Assembly (NCBI GenBank): GCA_963772725.1
Contig: CAVYYI010000005.1
Coordinates: forward strand, 32,001-96,000
Direction of reading: 5' to 3'
Length of the DNA: 64,000 nt
DNA from: an uncultured Phycisphaerales bacterium
GTDB taxonomy: Bacteria > Planctomycetota > Phycisphaerae > Sedimentisphaerales > Anaerobacaceae
A program made the position numbers and the translations under genes. Below, one piece after another: positions 32,974 through 46,910 of the stretch. A model generated the notes under the pieces. The model was not told the DNA's origin. It saw only the letters and a list, made by a program, of their open reading frames with translations, and did not search any database. Positions within the stretch are counted from its first letter, which is position 1, and every line of letters begins with the position of its first letter.

Positions 32974-33040
32974 CTGTCATACCTGCGAAAGCAGGTATCC
33001 AGTTCAGGAAAGATGGATTCCCGCTTGCGCAGGAATGACA
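32974..33040. repeat. REP-like palindromic element
   Basis: TGTCATACCTGCGAAAGCAGGTATCCA...TGGATTCCCGCTTGCGCAGGAATGACA; the first 27 bp recur at 57204-57230. Confidence 0.75.
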
Positions 33041-33050
33041 TTTGGATGTA

Positions 33051-34202
33051 TTATTTGCTTGAGAAATCACAAAGAACAGAATCGGCAATAGGCAGGGCTT
33101 GTCGTGTAAGAAAAATCCTCCCATCTTTAACCTCGAGCAAATCTAACTCCTGGTATTTAATGATAACTTCCTGAAATAATCGCGTCGCGTCAAAGCCGGT
33201 TTGGCGTTCAAATTCAGCGATATCGATTCCGCATCGGCGGCGAAGATTCAATACCGCTGTCTCAAAAGCTTTTTCGATGGGTGTTAGAACTTCGCTTTCT
33301 GCTGCCACACTGTCGCCTGATTCAATTGCTTCGATATAACGGTTTATGTCAGCGATGTTAGTTGTACGTCTGTCCTTATAACAGCTTGCTGCCGCGGGAC
33401 CGATTCCGATATAAGCCAGGTTCCCCCAGTATCGAAGATTGTGTCTGCATTCAAACCCGGGTCTGGCAAAATCTGAAATTTCGTACTGATATATTCCTGC
33501 CATATCTAAAACATCGATAGCAGTTTCATACATCGCCCTGTCGGTATCTTCATCGACGCAAACAATTTTACCTGCTTTAAGTTCCTGAAATAAAGGCGCT
33601 TCTTTCTCATAACTGAGACTGTAAGCTGAAATATGCTCAACGCCGAGAGCGATGGCTGATTTTAGTGTGTGCTGCCATGAATCGAGCGTCGAACCAGGTA
33701 TAGCCAAAATTAAATCGAGACTGATATTGTCAAAACCGGCGTTTCGGCATATTTTCACAGCTTTATTTACATCGTCGACTGAGTGTCGCCTGCCGAGAAA
33801 ATCAAGTTCGCTTTGATTAAATGACTGGGTGCCAATAGAAAGACGGTTTACGCCGAGGTCGTTAAGTTTTCGTAAAATATCTTCGTCGGCCTGCCCCGGA
33901 TTAAATTCGATTGTAAATTCAACAGGCTTTTGCCGGCGTGAGATAATTGTTTCAATCAGCCTAATCAATTCTTTGTGGGGCAGGCAACTGGGACTGCCGC
34001 CGCCAACGTAGACCGTATCAAGGCAGGTTAAATCGTACCGGCTTATTTCACTAATTAAAGTGGAGATAAGCCGAGCGGAATCATATCGCCCTATCAGCTC
34101 AGAATAAAAACCGCAATATCGGCATTTACTCGAACAGAATGGGATATGGACATATAATCCGACATCGCCGCAGCCGAATTGTTGACATTCATCGCCTGAC
34201 AA
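33051..34202 (-). CDS. hemW: Radical SAM heme chaperone HemW (HemN-like)
   Basis: LYVHIPFC..KCRYC (CxxxCxxC), YEIS and HNLRYW. Confidence 0.88.
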   Translation of the reverse strand: MSGDECQQFGCGDVGLYVHIPFCSSKCRYCGFYSELIGRYDSARLISTLISEISRYDLTCLDTVYVGGGSPSCLPHKELIRLIETIISRRQKPVEFTIEFNPGQADEDILRKLNDLGVNRLSIGTQSFNQSELDFLGRRHSVDDVNKAVKICRNAGFDNISLDLILAIPGSTLDSWQHTLKSAIALGVEHISAYSLSYEKEAPLFQELKAGKIVCVDEDTDRAMYETAIDVLDMAGIYQYEISDFARPGFECRHNLRYWGNLAYIGIGPAAASCYKDRRTTNIADINRYIEAIESGDSVAAESEVLTPIEKAFETAVLNLRRRCGIDIAEFERQTGFDATRLFQEVIIKYQELDLLEVKDGRIFLTRQALPIADSVLCDFSSK

Positions 34203-34213
34203 ATTTTGCTCCC

Positions 34214-35461
34214 TTAAGAATATGCACCCTCGGTTTTATGGAACGTAAGGTCGCGACCATAAATGGTAAACCATATTGTGCCGATTACGCCGCAGACAAA
34301 AGCGGTAATAAAATTGACTTCCGGTTTGATTGACCAAAGCCACGCCCCGCCAAAAGCTGCCACCGATACGATGGTGTCACGAAGTAAATAATAAAGTCCG
34401 AACATGCTGGCTTTTTTATCTTCGGGGGCAAGGTCCATTATTAGTGCTTTTCTTGTCGGTTCGCCGAATTCCTTCAACCCGCGAAGGATAAACGCGAAAA
34501 TCAGCGGCACAAGCGATTGACTGAATAAAAGGGTTATAGGAAAAAGAGTAAAAAACACAAACGTCATGGCTACAAAACGTTTTTTGCCGAACTTATCAGC
34601 AAAATATGCCACCGGTATATAAATCAAAATCGCCGTAACATTCTCAATGGCCGACAAAAAACCGAAATTTAATTCCGAAACCGGTGTTAGTATCTGTCGG
34701 GTACACCATATCACAACGAAAGAATCCGGTATTCGCTCGCAAAAACGGACAAGTGTGTCGGAAATCAGCAGCGCTCGCAATTCCGGACTCATACGACGAT
34801 AAAGGCGGAAAGGATTTTTCTCCGCATTTTTGCTGTTTTCCCTTCGCTGTTCCGGCGTATCTTCTTCTATAAGTATCTGCTGCAGTATCATCGCTATTAT
34901 TGCCAAAATCAAAGCGGCGACAAAAGCGTATCGCACACCTTGTGTAACGCCCCATATCGCTATAAATGCGCCGCCGACAACAGGACCGAGCGTTTTGGGA
35001 ATTCGCCGAACCAGCGACTGCATTGAAACACCCATGGCACGCTTTTCTTTTGGTACGGCAACCGAAATCAGTGTCATTGTCGCCGGCAGCGATATTGCCG
35101 ACCACGAGATGAAAAAAGCCGCTCCGAGCAGAACCGCCCACCATTTCGGCACCAGGATAACAATAACATATCCGAACATCGACAGAAGGTTAAAAATCAG
35201 CAGAGCCCTCTTTGAGCCGAGTTTGTCTGAAAGATAGCCGCCCGGGAATGAATAAAGCGCCGAGAGCAGGTCATCCATCCCCGCCAGAAGGCCGATGGCG
35301 AATATCATCGTGGTTCCCTGTGCAAGACTCTGGATATAAAGAGGCAGAAAACGTTCTGCCATGTGTTCGCCCATCCCCACGAGAACAACCATAGCCAGCA
35401 TACCGGTAATGCTTTTCCGCAGGCCGATAAATTTTACGAGTTTATCAAATCGAGAGTCCAT
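34214..35461 (-). CDS. MFS transporter
   Basis: About 12 TM segments; GYLSDKLGSK and ADKFGKK motif-A-like loops. Confidence 0.88.
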   Translation of the reverse strand: MDSRFDKLVKFIGLRKSITGMLAMVVLVGMGEHMAERFLPLYIQSLAQGTTMIFAIGLLAGMDDLLSALYSFPGGYLSDKLGSKRALLIFNLLSMFGYVIVILVPKWWAVLLGAAFFISWSAISLPATMTLISVAVPKEKRAMGVSMQSLVRRIPKTLGPVVGGAFIAIWGVTQGVRYAFVAALILAIIAMILQQILIEEDTPEQRRENSKNAEKNPFRLYRRMSPELRALLISDTLVRFCERIPDSFVVIWCTRQILTPVSELNFGFLSAIENVTAILIYIPVAYFADKFGKKRFVAMTFVFFTLFPITLLFSQSLVPLIFAFILRGLKEFGEPTRKALIMDLAPEDKKASMFGLYYLLRDTIVSVAAFGGAWLWSIKPEVNFITAFVCGVIGTIWFTIYGRDLTFHKTEGAYS

Positions 35462-35494
35462 TTAGATGCGTTCGTATTTAATTGAATTCTAATT

Positions 35495-36505
35495 TTACCA
35501 GCCGCCGGGCTGAAGTACGTCGCTTACGGTAGTGTTCCACCATTTCGGATTTCTTAAATATTGTTTGAGCATCATCGCCGCAACGACCCCGTCGCCGGCG
35601 GCTGTCGCAAGCTGCATCGCGGCCCCAACCCTGCAATCACCTGCCGCAAATACACCGGGAATCTTTGTGCGAAGATACGCACAGTCACATTTGATAAAAC
35701 CATGCTCGGATAAATCGACAAATCCTTTAAGAAAGCCTGTGTTCGGCACCATTCCGACAAAAATAAATGCGCCGTCACATGGGTAATTTTCCTCTTTGCC
35801 GGTTTTTACGCATTTGAGTTTAACCGACTGCACCTTATCCTTACCCTCAATTGCGGTTACTACCGAATCATATTTTACAACCAGATTTGAATTGGGCTCG
35901 TTAACTTTTTCAAGCAGTTCCTGCGCAAGTACTTTCGTCGCTCTGAATTCGCCGCGGCGATGCACAAGCGTTACTTTTTTCACGAATTTAGCCAGATGCA
36001 GTGTCTCCTCAACCGCGGTGTTCCCGCCTCCGACAGCGACAACCTCTTTGCCTCTGAAAAAAGGGGCATCGCACGTTCCGCAATAACTTACGCCTGCGCC
36101 AGCGTTTCTGAATTCCTCTTCGCCCGGAACACCGAGTTTGCGGTAATCGCTGCCCGGCGCTAAAATAACCGACCTGCCAATATATTTATCCTTGTCGCAG
36201 GCAACTTCGATATTACCATCCGCAAGTTTTTGCAGACCGGTAACTTCGCTGCCGGCTTTTATTTCGGCCCCGAATCCTTCCGCCTGCTTTTCCATTTCCG
36301 AGACAAGCTCCGGCCCACTTATGCGCATAATACCGGGATAATTTTCTATCCTGTCGGTGTTATTGATTTGCCCGCCGGGTGAAAACTTTTCCAGTATAAC
36401 GGTTTTAAATCCATCTCGTGACGCGTATAAAGCGGCTGCCAAACCCGCAGGCCCTCCGCCTATTATAATGCAATCGTATATCTGTGATGTTTTAGTCATA
36501 ACCAT
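35495..36505 (-). CDS. trxB: Thioredoxin reductase
   Basis: Motifs IIGGGPAG, VSYCGTCD, VGGGNTAVEE and FAAGD. Confidence 0.92.
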   Translation of the reverse strand: MVMTKTSQIYDCIIIGGGPAGLAAALYASRDGFKTVILEKFSPGGQINNTDRIENYPGIMRISGPELVSEMEKQAEGFGAEIKAGSEVTGLQKLADGNIEVACDKDKYIGRSVILAPGSDYRKLGVPGEEEFRNAGAGVSYCGTCDAPFFRGKEVVAVGGGNTAVEETLHLAKFVKKVTLVHRRGEFRATKVLAQELLEKVNEPNSNLVVKYDSVVTAIEGKDKVQSVKLKCVKTGKEENYPCDGAFIFVGMVPNTGFLKGFVDLSEHGFIKCDCAYLRTKIPGVFAAGDCRVGAAMQLATAAGDGVVAAMMLKQYLRNPKWWNTTVSDVLQPGGW

Positions 36506-36533
36506 ATCCCTTAATCTCTAATAAGAATCTCAA

Positions 36534-37846
36534 TCATATTTTCTTTTGCTTCAATTTCTCGCTTTCCTGGAGGACGTAATCCGAACGCTCGCGAAATCTT
36601 TCAACTATATCTTTGAGCGTCGCATGTTCGGCAAACTCCCCTTTTTGAGTCCATACCATTTTCACAATTTTTAAACTTTCATCGAGATAAATATCCTCGG
36701 AATGACTAAAGCCCTCCAAAAAGTCAAGCCTGAACATGTTATTATCGCTTTGCTCTTCAGACCGCAAAATCATGGTCGGGACAACCTCACCGCCGAATAA
36801 AACAATATCTACAATTATTTTCTTCTGATTATCCTTAATCATCCGCTTAAAAACGCCCTCAATACAAAACTCCGGTACAGCAGCCGGGCTCAGCCGGTAA
36901 TGAGTCTCTTCCAGCTTTAATCCTGATTTTCGCACCGTTACTTCTCCTGTCTTATTCAGGATTAGTTCTGTCCTCGCGCCACCCGCCGCGCCAGTTATTT
37001 CGCTTTTCCAGCCGTATTCGTCGAAGGTATTATCACTTTGAAAAACCGCGACGCGTTCTACGGCATTCCTGCCCGCCCTGTAATTATAAACACTCCCGTT
37101 TATATTTAAATCCGCATTTAAGCCCGAAGAAGTCATAATGTGCATCGTAAAACCTGTCGCCCGTTTTTGCGCATTTTTTATAAGAAAAAAAGACTGAGGC
37201 TCTATCCCTTTGAGATAAACGTCAAGCCCCGTGTTTTTGATTTCCTTAACAATAACAGCCCCCGCCTCCAATAATTTATTGTCTTCGAATCTCAAACTGC
37301 CTGCGATTTTGCTGAAAACATGCCTTGCCGGCTCATCTTCACCAGTGAACTGCTCCACAAGGACAGTCAACTGGCGACTGTCCGGTAGATTTACAATACC
37401 TAAAAAGCTGTACACCAATTTCCGGCTTTGTATCTCTGCCCAGTCAACGGTTAGTGTCCCGGTGCGGATTTGACCTGTTCGCAGAATCGTGCCGCCCATT
37501 TCAGCGGCCCTTTGTTTTAACTGGATATCCGCCGCTGACTCATCCGCAACCAGCCTATATCGGCAAACAGCCTGCAAATGCGGAATGTTGGAACTCATAA
37601 TAAAAAAGTTGCTCAAAATAAAACTGTTGTCCTCGTACCTCCACTTAGGGTCGCTCTCCTGCCAACCCCTTCCAACAGGCACCGATACCCATAAACCGGT
37701 ATGTTTCAGCTTTACCGGTTCAGACATATTTACCGCTGTTCTTGTCTGGACTAGATGTAGGCCAGCAGTAGCGACAAGGCAAAAATGCCTAAAAGCACGA
37801 CCTTGTCAATAACGTATTTTTTTATAGGTCCGTCAGTTTCTTCCAT
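36534..37846 (-). CDS. Membrane-anchored hypothetical protein (frameshift near 37750)
   Basis: TM segment KVVLLGIFALSLLLAY lies upstream of, and out of frame with, a 397-aa ORF. Confidence 0.55.
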
Positions 37847-38038
37847 AGGTACGATAATATTAGCCGTTAATCGCGGTTTTTGCAATGCTCCATATAGGCC
37901 CGACACAAATTTCACAAAAAAATCATAACGAAAAAAAATTGTCATACTAAAATTTGGCTTGCCGGTTAATTATTCGTATGTTTTGCGTAGTGGGGATAAA
38001 AACTGTTATTTTATAGAGTTCAGGAAAAGAGGGTTGAT

Positions 38039-38833
38039 ATGAATTCGATAATGGTGTTAAGAAACGGGGAACTGAGGAAAGTTTTAGATAGTCTTGTTTC
38101 GGAAAAAGTGCCGGCCATTTTGAGTTATTCTTCCAGGGATAAATGGCACGTGGCAAGTGTAATTATATCGGGTTTTAAACAGGGGGAGTTGATAGTTGAG
38201 GTCTCGCCGAGGCAAAAACCGCATCCGGTTAATATCAATGTAGGTCAGTCAGTCGGCCTTTCTTTGAAATACGGCTACGGTAAGGTGATTTTCAATACGG
38301 GGGTGGCCGCGCTCGAACCTTTATTAAACGTGATTGGAGGGGGGATAATAACTTTGGCCATCCCCGAGAAAATCGAATTTATTCCCAGGAGAAGCTATTT
38401 TCGGGTAAGCGCACCGGAGTGGCTTAACGTGGATATATTGGTGAAGCTGCGCCACAAAGAATCTGACAGCGGCAGTTCTCAGGAAACACCCTGCAAAGGC
38501 AGACTTATTGATATTTCTGCGGGAGGCATACAGATTGGCTTTGATGTCGCACAGAGCCCCGCTGTCCGCGAGGGACAGTTTGTCGAAATTCAATTCACGC
38601 CTATGCCTTATTCGCAGCCAATAATGTTTAGTGCTCAGATTAGAAGCATTCTTCCCACCGCCAGCGGCAAAAACGTTTGTTTAGGCCTGCAGATTGTCGG
38701 CCTCGAAGCAAGCCAGGAAGGGCAAAATACTTTATCAAGACTAGTCAGCGTGGTTGAGCAGTATTATCAATTGAGTCAATCCGGCGCTAAGCAGCGGGAT
38801 TTTCAGACGAACAGCTCTTCCGCGACGAACTAA
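38039..38833 (+). CDS. PilZ-domain (YcgR-like) c-di-GMP-binding protein
   Basis: RRSYFR (RxxxR) and DISAGG (DxSxxG) motifs. Confidence 0.82.
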   Translation: MNSIMVLRNGELRKVLDSLVSEKVPAILSYSSRDKWHVASVIISGFKQGELIVEVSPRQKPHPVNINVGQSVGLSLKYGYGKVIFNTGVAALEPLLNVIGGGIITLAIPEKIEFIPRRSYFRVSAPEWLNVDILVKLRHKESDSGSSQETPCKGRLIDISAGGIQIGFDVAQSPAVREGQFVEIQFTPMPYSQPIMFSAQIRSILPTASGKNVCLGLQIVGLEASQEGQNTLSRLVSVVEQYYQLSQSGAKQRDFQTNSSSATN

Positions 38834-38847
38834 ATCAGCACTTGTCT

Positions 38848-39819
38848 TCAGGGATTGTGGGGAATAAATGAATCTGTTTCTTCTCCGCCATGGGAGACTG
38901 CTTCATTACTCGGCTGCGTAATATCGGCGGCTTTGCGGGTAGCTTTATGATAAAACCATCTCACAACTCCGCTCATCGCAAAACCGAGGAACAGCAGCAG
39001 AAAGATTCCCTGCCTGAACCATATAACCATACCGACAACCGCCAATGAGCCGATAAGGTACGCAAAAGGCTTCTTGCCTCTTATAAATTGATTTACCACA
39101 TGCGGATACCTGATTCTGCTTATCATCAAAACTGCCATAGCTAAAACAAGAAGAGGCAGGCTGTAAATAATAACATTTTCACAGAAATTAAAAGCCGGCG
39201 TCCCCCTGTCGAAAATTTCGTGCAGCATCTCCTGTTGGAATATTATAACACTGACAACCGCCCCCGCCGCCGCAGGACTGGGCAGCCCCACGAAACTCAT
39301 GTGCGCCGATTCGTCCTCTTCGTTTTCCACGTTGAATCTTGCCAGTCTTATCGCGGCACAGCTTATATATGCCGCGGCGATAAGCCAGATGAATCGCAGG
39401 AAAAAACTTTCCAGTACGGGATGAGGCTCAAACATAACTATAAACTTCGACTCAAGAAATTTAAGCGTCAGAAAAGCCGGCGCAATCCCAAAACTGATAA
39501 CATCGCAAAGACTGTCGAGCTGCCCGCCGAAACTGGATGTGCTTTTGCTCATTCTCGCCACCCTGCCGTCAAGCATGTCCGCTACCATCGCAACCAGCAC
39601 CATATAGCCTGCGATTGCAAAATACGGAAACTGCAGCCTGTGATATGAAAACTGCTGTCCCTGCGTCATATCCTTGGCGGCAAAAACAATAGAGGCAAAA
39701 CCGCAAACGCCATTAAGGATGGTTATCAGTGAAGGCAGTATCGCTATATATTTGAGCCGATGCCTTCGGACATGCCGAAGCAAACCTTCTTTACCGCCGT
39801 CAGTTCTTATTTTCGGCAT
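38848..39819 (-). CDS. pssA: CDP-diacylglycerol--serine O-phosphatidyltransferase
   Basis: DMLDGRVAR...G.QLDSLCD, RLARFN and GLPSPAAA; adjacent to psd. Confidence 0.9.
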   Translation of the reverse strand: MPKIRTDGGKEGLLRHVRRHRLKYIAILPSLITILNGVCGFASIVFAAKDMTQGQQFSYHRLQFPYFAIAGYMVLVAMVADMLDGRVARMSKSTSSFGGQLDSLCDVISFGIAPAFLTLKFLESKFIVMFEPHPVLESFFLRFIWLIAAAYISCAAIRLARFNVENEEDESAHMSFVGLPSPAAAGAVVSVIIFQQEMLHEIFDRGTPAFNFCENVIIYSLPLLVLAMAVLMISRIRYPHVVNQFIRGKKPFAYLIGSLAVVGMVIWFRQGIFLLLFLGFAMSGVVRWFYHKATRKAADITQPSNEAVSHGGEETDSFIPHNP

Positions 39820-40493
39820 TATTCGTACCTTACAAGGGTAGTTCCGCCCGCCTTAACTTTATCGCCCTTTTTAACAAGGACATGCGCTTTTCCACTCGCA
39901 GGCAAGTATAACTCAGTTCTTGAACCAAATTTTATCATACCAAATTTTTCACCCGCTGCCAATTTTTGTTTTTCCGCGGTTTTGCAGACAATTCGCCGGG
40001 CAATCGCCCCGCTGATTTGCCGGACAATCAGTTTATCGTTCGGGGCCTGGGTTCTTAGCAGCCATAAATCGTTGGACTCGTTAACCCTGCCGGACTGCGC
40101 ATTCATCGCGTTTTTGTATTGCCCTGGCTTATATGTAATTTTTTTAACCTCAACATCACACGGTGAACGATTGATATGCACATTGAAAATACTCAGAAAT
40201 ATCCCTATCCGGATGGACTGACCTGCAATAAAATCTTTCTCCTCTACGGTTTCAATATCGGTTATCGTGCCGTCCGCCGGTGAAAGCAGAATGTTTTTTT
40301 CGTTTGGGGCAACCCTATACGGGTCGCGAAAAAACGACAAAACCCAGAGCAGCACAATACCTAACACCGCCTCTATGACCGCGACAGCCCAGCCAGGCAG
40401 CCCCGCAAAAAGGCAAGCCGCCATCACAATAAGCAACACCACCGGAAAAACCACCACCTGCGGCAGACCATATTTTGTCAATCCGATTTTCAT
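39819..40493 (-). CDS. psd: Phosphatidylserine decarboxylase
   Basis: Motifs FFRDP, SPADG, IFLSIFNVH and KFGSR (cleavage site). Confidence 0.92.
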   Translation of the reverse strand: MKIGLTKYGLPQVVVFPVVLLIVMAACLFAGLPGWAVAVIEAVLGIVLLWVLSFFRDPYRVAPNEKNILLSPADGTITDIETVEEKDFIAGQSIRIGIFLSIFNVHINRSPCDVEVKKITYKPGQYKNAMNAQSGRVNESNDLWLLRTQAPNDKLIVRQISGAIARRIVCKTAEKQKLAAGEKFGMIKFGSRTELYLPASGKAHVLVKKGDKVKAGGTTLVRYE

Positions 40494-40738
40494 ACCCGCT
40501 ATCTTATTCTTTGCCGCCCCAACAATCAAGAATTACCCCCTGAACCCTCCGCGGTTATTTTTTTCGTTTTGGGTTTTCTCTTTTTCGAATTTGTTTCGTG
40601 CTTCGTCCTCAGGATTTCCCATGCTGGTTTTCATTCGATGTTCAATGTTGAGCATTTTGTCCTGTCTTGTGTCTTTTCTCTGTGTCTCCGTGTCCTTGTA
40701 TGTGTAAACTGTTTATTATTCTCAATACTATGATTGAG

Positions 40739-40872
40739 ACCTCTGAAAAACCTGAGATTGCTTCGTCGCTGCGCTCCTCGCAATGACAAAATCTGCGTTT
40801 TTATGTCATTGCGATGCCTCTTTGAGGCCGCGGCAATCTCTGATTTTTTCAAAGTCATAGTTTTTCAGAGGT
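40739..40872. mobile_element. MITE-like element upstream of gyrB
   Basis: 13-bp inverted repeat ACCTCTGAAAAAC/GTTTTTCAGAGGT enclosing GAGATTGC..CGCAATGACA and TGTCATTGCGA..GCAATCTC. Confidence 0.6.
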
Positions 40873-40957
40873 GCAAATAAATCCTTGCCAAAAAGCATTT
40901 TGGCGTTAAGATAAACGGAAAAATAATCGGCATTATTATTTAAAGGAGTTACCTGAA

Positions 40958-43392
<2,435 letters not shown>

Positions 43393-43422
43393 CAATGCGC
43401 TCAGAATAAAATTTTGATTTGG

Positions 43423-43461
43423 TAAGGCCGGGCCTAAATGCAAAACCCGGCCTTATTTTTT
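43423..43461 (+). terminator. Intrinsic terminator after gyrB
   Basis: Stem TAAGGCCGGG/CCCGGCCTTA followed by a T-run. Confidence 0.8.
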
Positions 43462-46400
43462 AATGCCTATTTCCCAAGAGATTTGCAGAATTTCCGCCTC
43501 TAACCCTGTCGGCGCCGGGTTTCTGGCGATGACTTTCCCCCGCGAGTTCGAGCAAAAGGATTATCGGAAATACGGTTGCGCCGTATTCGTCTCTGATAAT
43601 TTTTATCGCGGCACTATCTGCGATAGCGGTTATTGATATAAGGCTGTTTTCCTCCGCGAACTTATGGGTAACCTCGACAGGAGAACATGATACAATGAGC
43701 ATCGCGAAATTCGGCTTATCCTTAAGTGATTCGCAAGTCTCAAAAACAAGATTTAATTGCTCGATATAATGAGGCTGGCTCAAAGGAGAAATAGCCAGCA
43801 GCAGAGTTTTGCCATTATAGTCTGCAAGAGAGATTTTTTCTCCTTTAAGGTTTTCGACTTCAAATACAGGGGCGATTTGTCCCGGCAGCAATCGCTTATT
43901 TATTTTAAGCTCGAACGTTCCAAGGTCTAAAGGTTCAGCCGTGAAGCCTTCGTTCATATCGGGCATATTAAAATCATAGTCGAGCGAGCCGAGAGTTTCA
44001 CCTATTCGATTATATGGCGGTATAATATCCTTTTCTTTGAGTTGTAAAGTCAGCCTGTAATGGCCTGGCTCGAACGTCTTCCGCGAGGAATGAACCGTCG
44101 GAGCCGATTTTCACCGTGTACCTTTTATATTTCTTCTTATGTTCATCGAGAGTCTTCTTCCGGGCATCAAGAACGACTTTTCCTTCTTCTGTGCTATACC
44201 ATTGATTCAGCCACTGGGTACGCTCGGTCTCGGTCATAGACTGGAAGTTTTCAGGGTAAGGCACTTTCGGCATATTCGGCGGCGGAGCAGCTATACTATT
44301 ATTTCCCGAAGACCAGTCCAGCGGTTCGGTGAATATTGAAGGCACAACAACTTTTCCGATTACGGTTCTGCCTTTGCCGCCGAGTTCGACATAGGCTGTC
44401 TGCCCGGGCAGGATTTCAAGATTTTTGGCGGTAGTGGAACTATAGTCAAGGGAACCGGTCTTTATTAATTGGACAATCTTGGCTTTACCGGCCGGCACTT
44501 TGTCGAGGCGGAAAAAGCCGTTCGCGTCTGCTATGGTTTGGCAACCATAAAAGATTTTGAACATATTTTCATTCTCATGGATAGAGGGAGATACGGTTAC
44601 TGTTTCGCCCGCACCGGGTTTGGTGCCCATATAGGTATAACCTTCAATCCTGCCCCACTCGGCCAGTTTAATATTCGGGTCAGATTCAAATTCCTTCCTC
44701 AATACTTCAGCATACCCCTTATCGTGAAGTACAACCAGGACGGCATAGTCACTTGATGATGGCAAAGTAAAAGAGCCGTCAGCGGATGTCTGGGTATAAG
44801 TATGCAACGCTTTTTGGGTACTTTCACCGTTTTGTATTGTAAGCATGGGGCTTGGATTATGAAAGATGACTTCGGCATTTTGCGCAGGCTGACCATCAGG
44901 CAGGTAAACGATCCCTTTTGGTACTCGCCCCTTTTTGAGCCTGAAATTAAAGCTGATATTTACCTTGGCGTTATTAAAATCCGGCGAATTGGCGGGCAGA
45001 TAGCCATCCGCTTCTATCCGCACGCCATAAGCTTCACCGGGCTCTGTAAACATAGTTTTATATTTGCCGCAGGTAAAAGATTTTTTTGCCGACATTTGCC
45101 ATGAAATGTCGGTTTGCCCTTCCCATTGCACTCCGTAAGTTAATTTGAAATTCGGAATCAGCTCATTGGTATCGGCGTCAACAACTGAACCTGTTACTGT
45201 TATGGGCGGATAAAGTGTTATTATGTATTCACCAGCCTCGGCGGACATCGGGAAATTATTAAATGCCATATAACCTTCTTTGCTGAGGTTGAATTGCACA
45301 GCGTCTTTCGGGGCATCGGTAAATTCAAATCTCCCTTCGGCGTTGGTTTTTGTACTAAGTTGTAATGTCCGCAAACCTCGCCAGAAATTAACATCTATCC
45401 AGGCGCCTTTAAGGGGAATATTATTCTGGTTAACAACTCTGCCCGTTATTAAATTGCCTGTGCCAAGATTAAATATGACAGGTTCCATTTTAGGCACAAT
45501 GTTTATCAGTTTCATATCCGGTGCGTAACCTTTTGCCGTAACGGTCAGGTAAGTTGATTCTTCGCTGCATTGACCGAAGCTGAAGCATCCATTAGGGTCT
45601 GTCTTTGTCTGCGGGAAATCGGTATATAGGCTATCCCCCTTTATTACAATGGCCTTTGCTATTGGTTTTCCTTTGAGGTCGAGAACTCTGCCGGAAACAA
45701 TAATGCCTTTTTTCATCACCGCTGTTACCTTTTGAGCTCGTAAATCCCCGATAGGTGTCGAAATGCTTAGGGTGTCTCCGTAGTAATCATCACAAATATA
45801 ATCGGGGTGGCTGAATTTTAACCACAGTTTATCAGCCTGGGCGGGAATAATATCGAATTTCCAGAATCCATTGGCATCGCTTTTTGTTTGTTCACCCGAT
45901 AATGAGATAAGTCCTGCTTTTGTGTTTTCCTCATTGTTGTATGGCAGCGTAACAGAGACTGTCACGTCTTTGATGAGTCGCTCCTGTTCATCTTTGACAT
46001 AGCCGCCTATTGTGGTGCCGCGTTCAAGCCGCAGGGTATAATTTTTCGGCACTTCAAATGGGCTATACCGTTCATCGTAGTTAAGGCTCATCGGAACAAA
46101 ACCAGCCTTGCACGCCTTGACACTGAAAGAGTTAGGTTCCGTTTCATTGAAGTCGATTATATAACATCCCAGTTCGTTCGTTACACCCTGACTTTCTTTG
46201 TCTTGGATATTGATATCGAGATCAATCCCAGCTATCGGCTTTCCAGTCGTTTTATCAATTACAGTTAAGTTTAATTCTTTTTTTGTCTCTGTTTGACCGC
46301 CTTGGGTAGTTTTATTCGGGTCCTGGATAGTTTTTAAACGCTTCTTAATCTCGATAACGGCTTTGCTGAACGGATTATTCGGTTCGCTCTGCTGGTCGCT

Positions 46401-46910
46401 TAATTTTTGCAGCGTGTCGATAACTTGCATATCCCCGATTTGCGCAAGATAATTCGCGGCGGCTATTTTCGCCGCAGGCATCCCGCTATCCAGAACCGCT
46501 TTAAGACCGGCGATGTCCCTCGAAGTGAAACGCTTCTCCAGCTTTTTCATCTCTTCATCAACAGCTGTCGGCGAAATTGTTCCCATACGAATTGCCGTCT
46601 CTGTACCTGTTCTTAAAGTGGAGTTGGCATCTTTTACAAAAGTGAGATTCTGATTACTATCTAAACCCGAATAAATCCTGATAGTAATTATGACCGCTAT
46701 AATAAGTACCGCCGCTACCGCGATTTTTGTAATGGGCTTTGCGATTTTTATTTTTTCTATAAGGCCCATTCTTACAATATGCACTCTGCCCTCAGTATCA
46801 GCCTGTAATGCCAGCGCCGCCTCTAAGGTCTTTTGCGGAGGTCTCTGCGGCACAGGCATACTTTTGAGGGCATCAATCGCCATCATCAAAATGTCATTTT
46901 TCTTTTTCAT
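43460..46910 (-). CDS. Large membrane-anchored putative anti-sigma protein: TM, HEAT-like segment, carboxypeptidase-regulatory-like repeats and C-terminal thioredoxin-like domain (frameshifts near 44075 and 43545)
   Basis: TM KIAVAAVLIIAV; repeated G.V.D..G.PI / T(D/N)..G.F units; GQIAPVF...ISLADYNGK; ATGA overlap with the ECF sigma stop. Confidence 0.7.
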
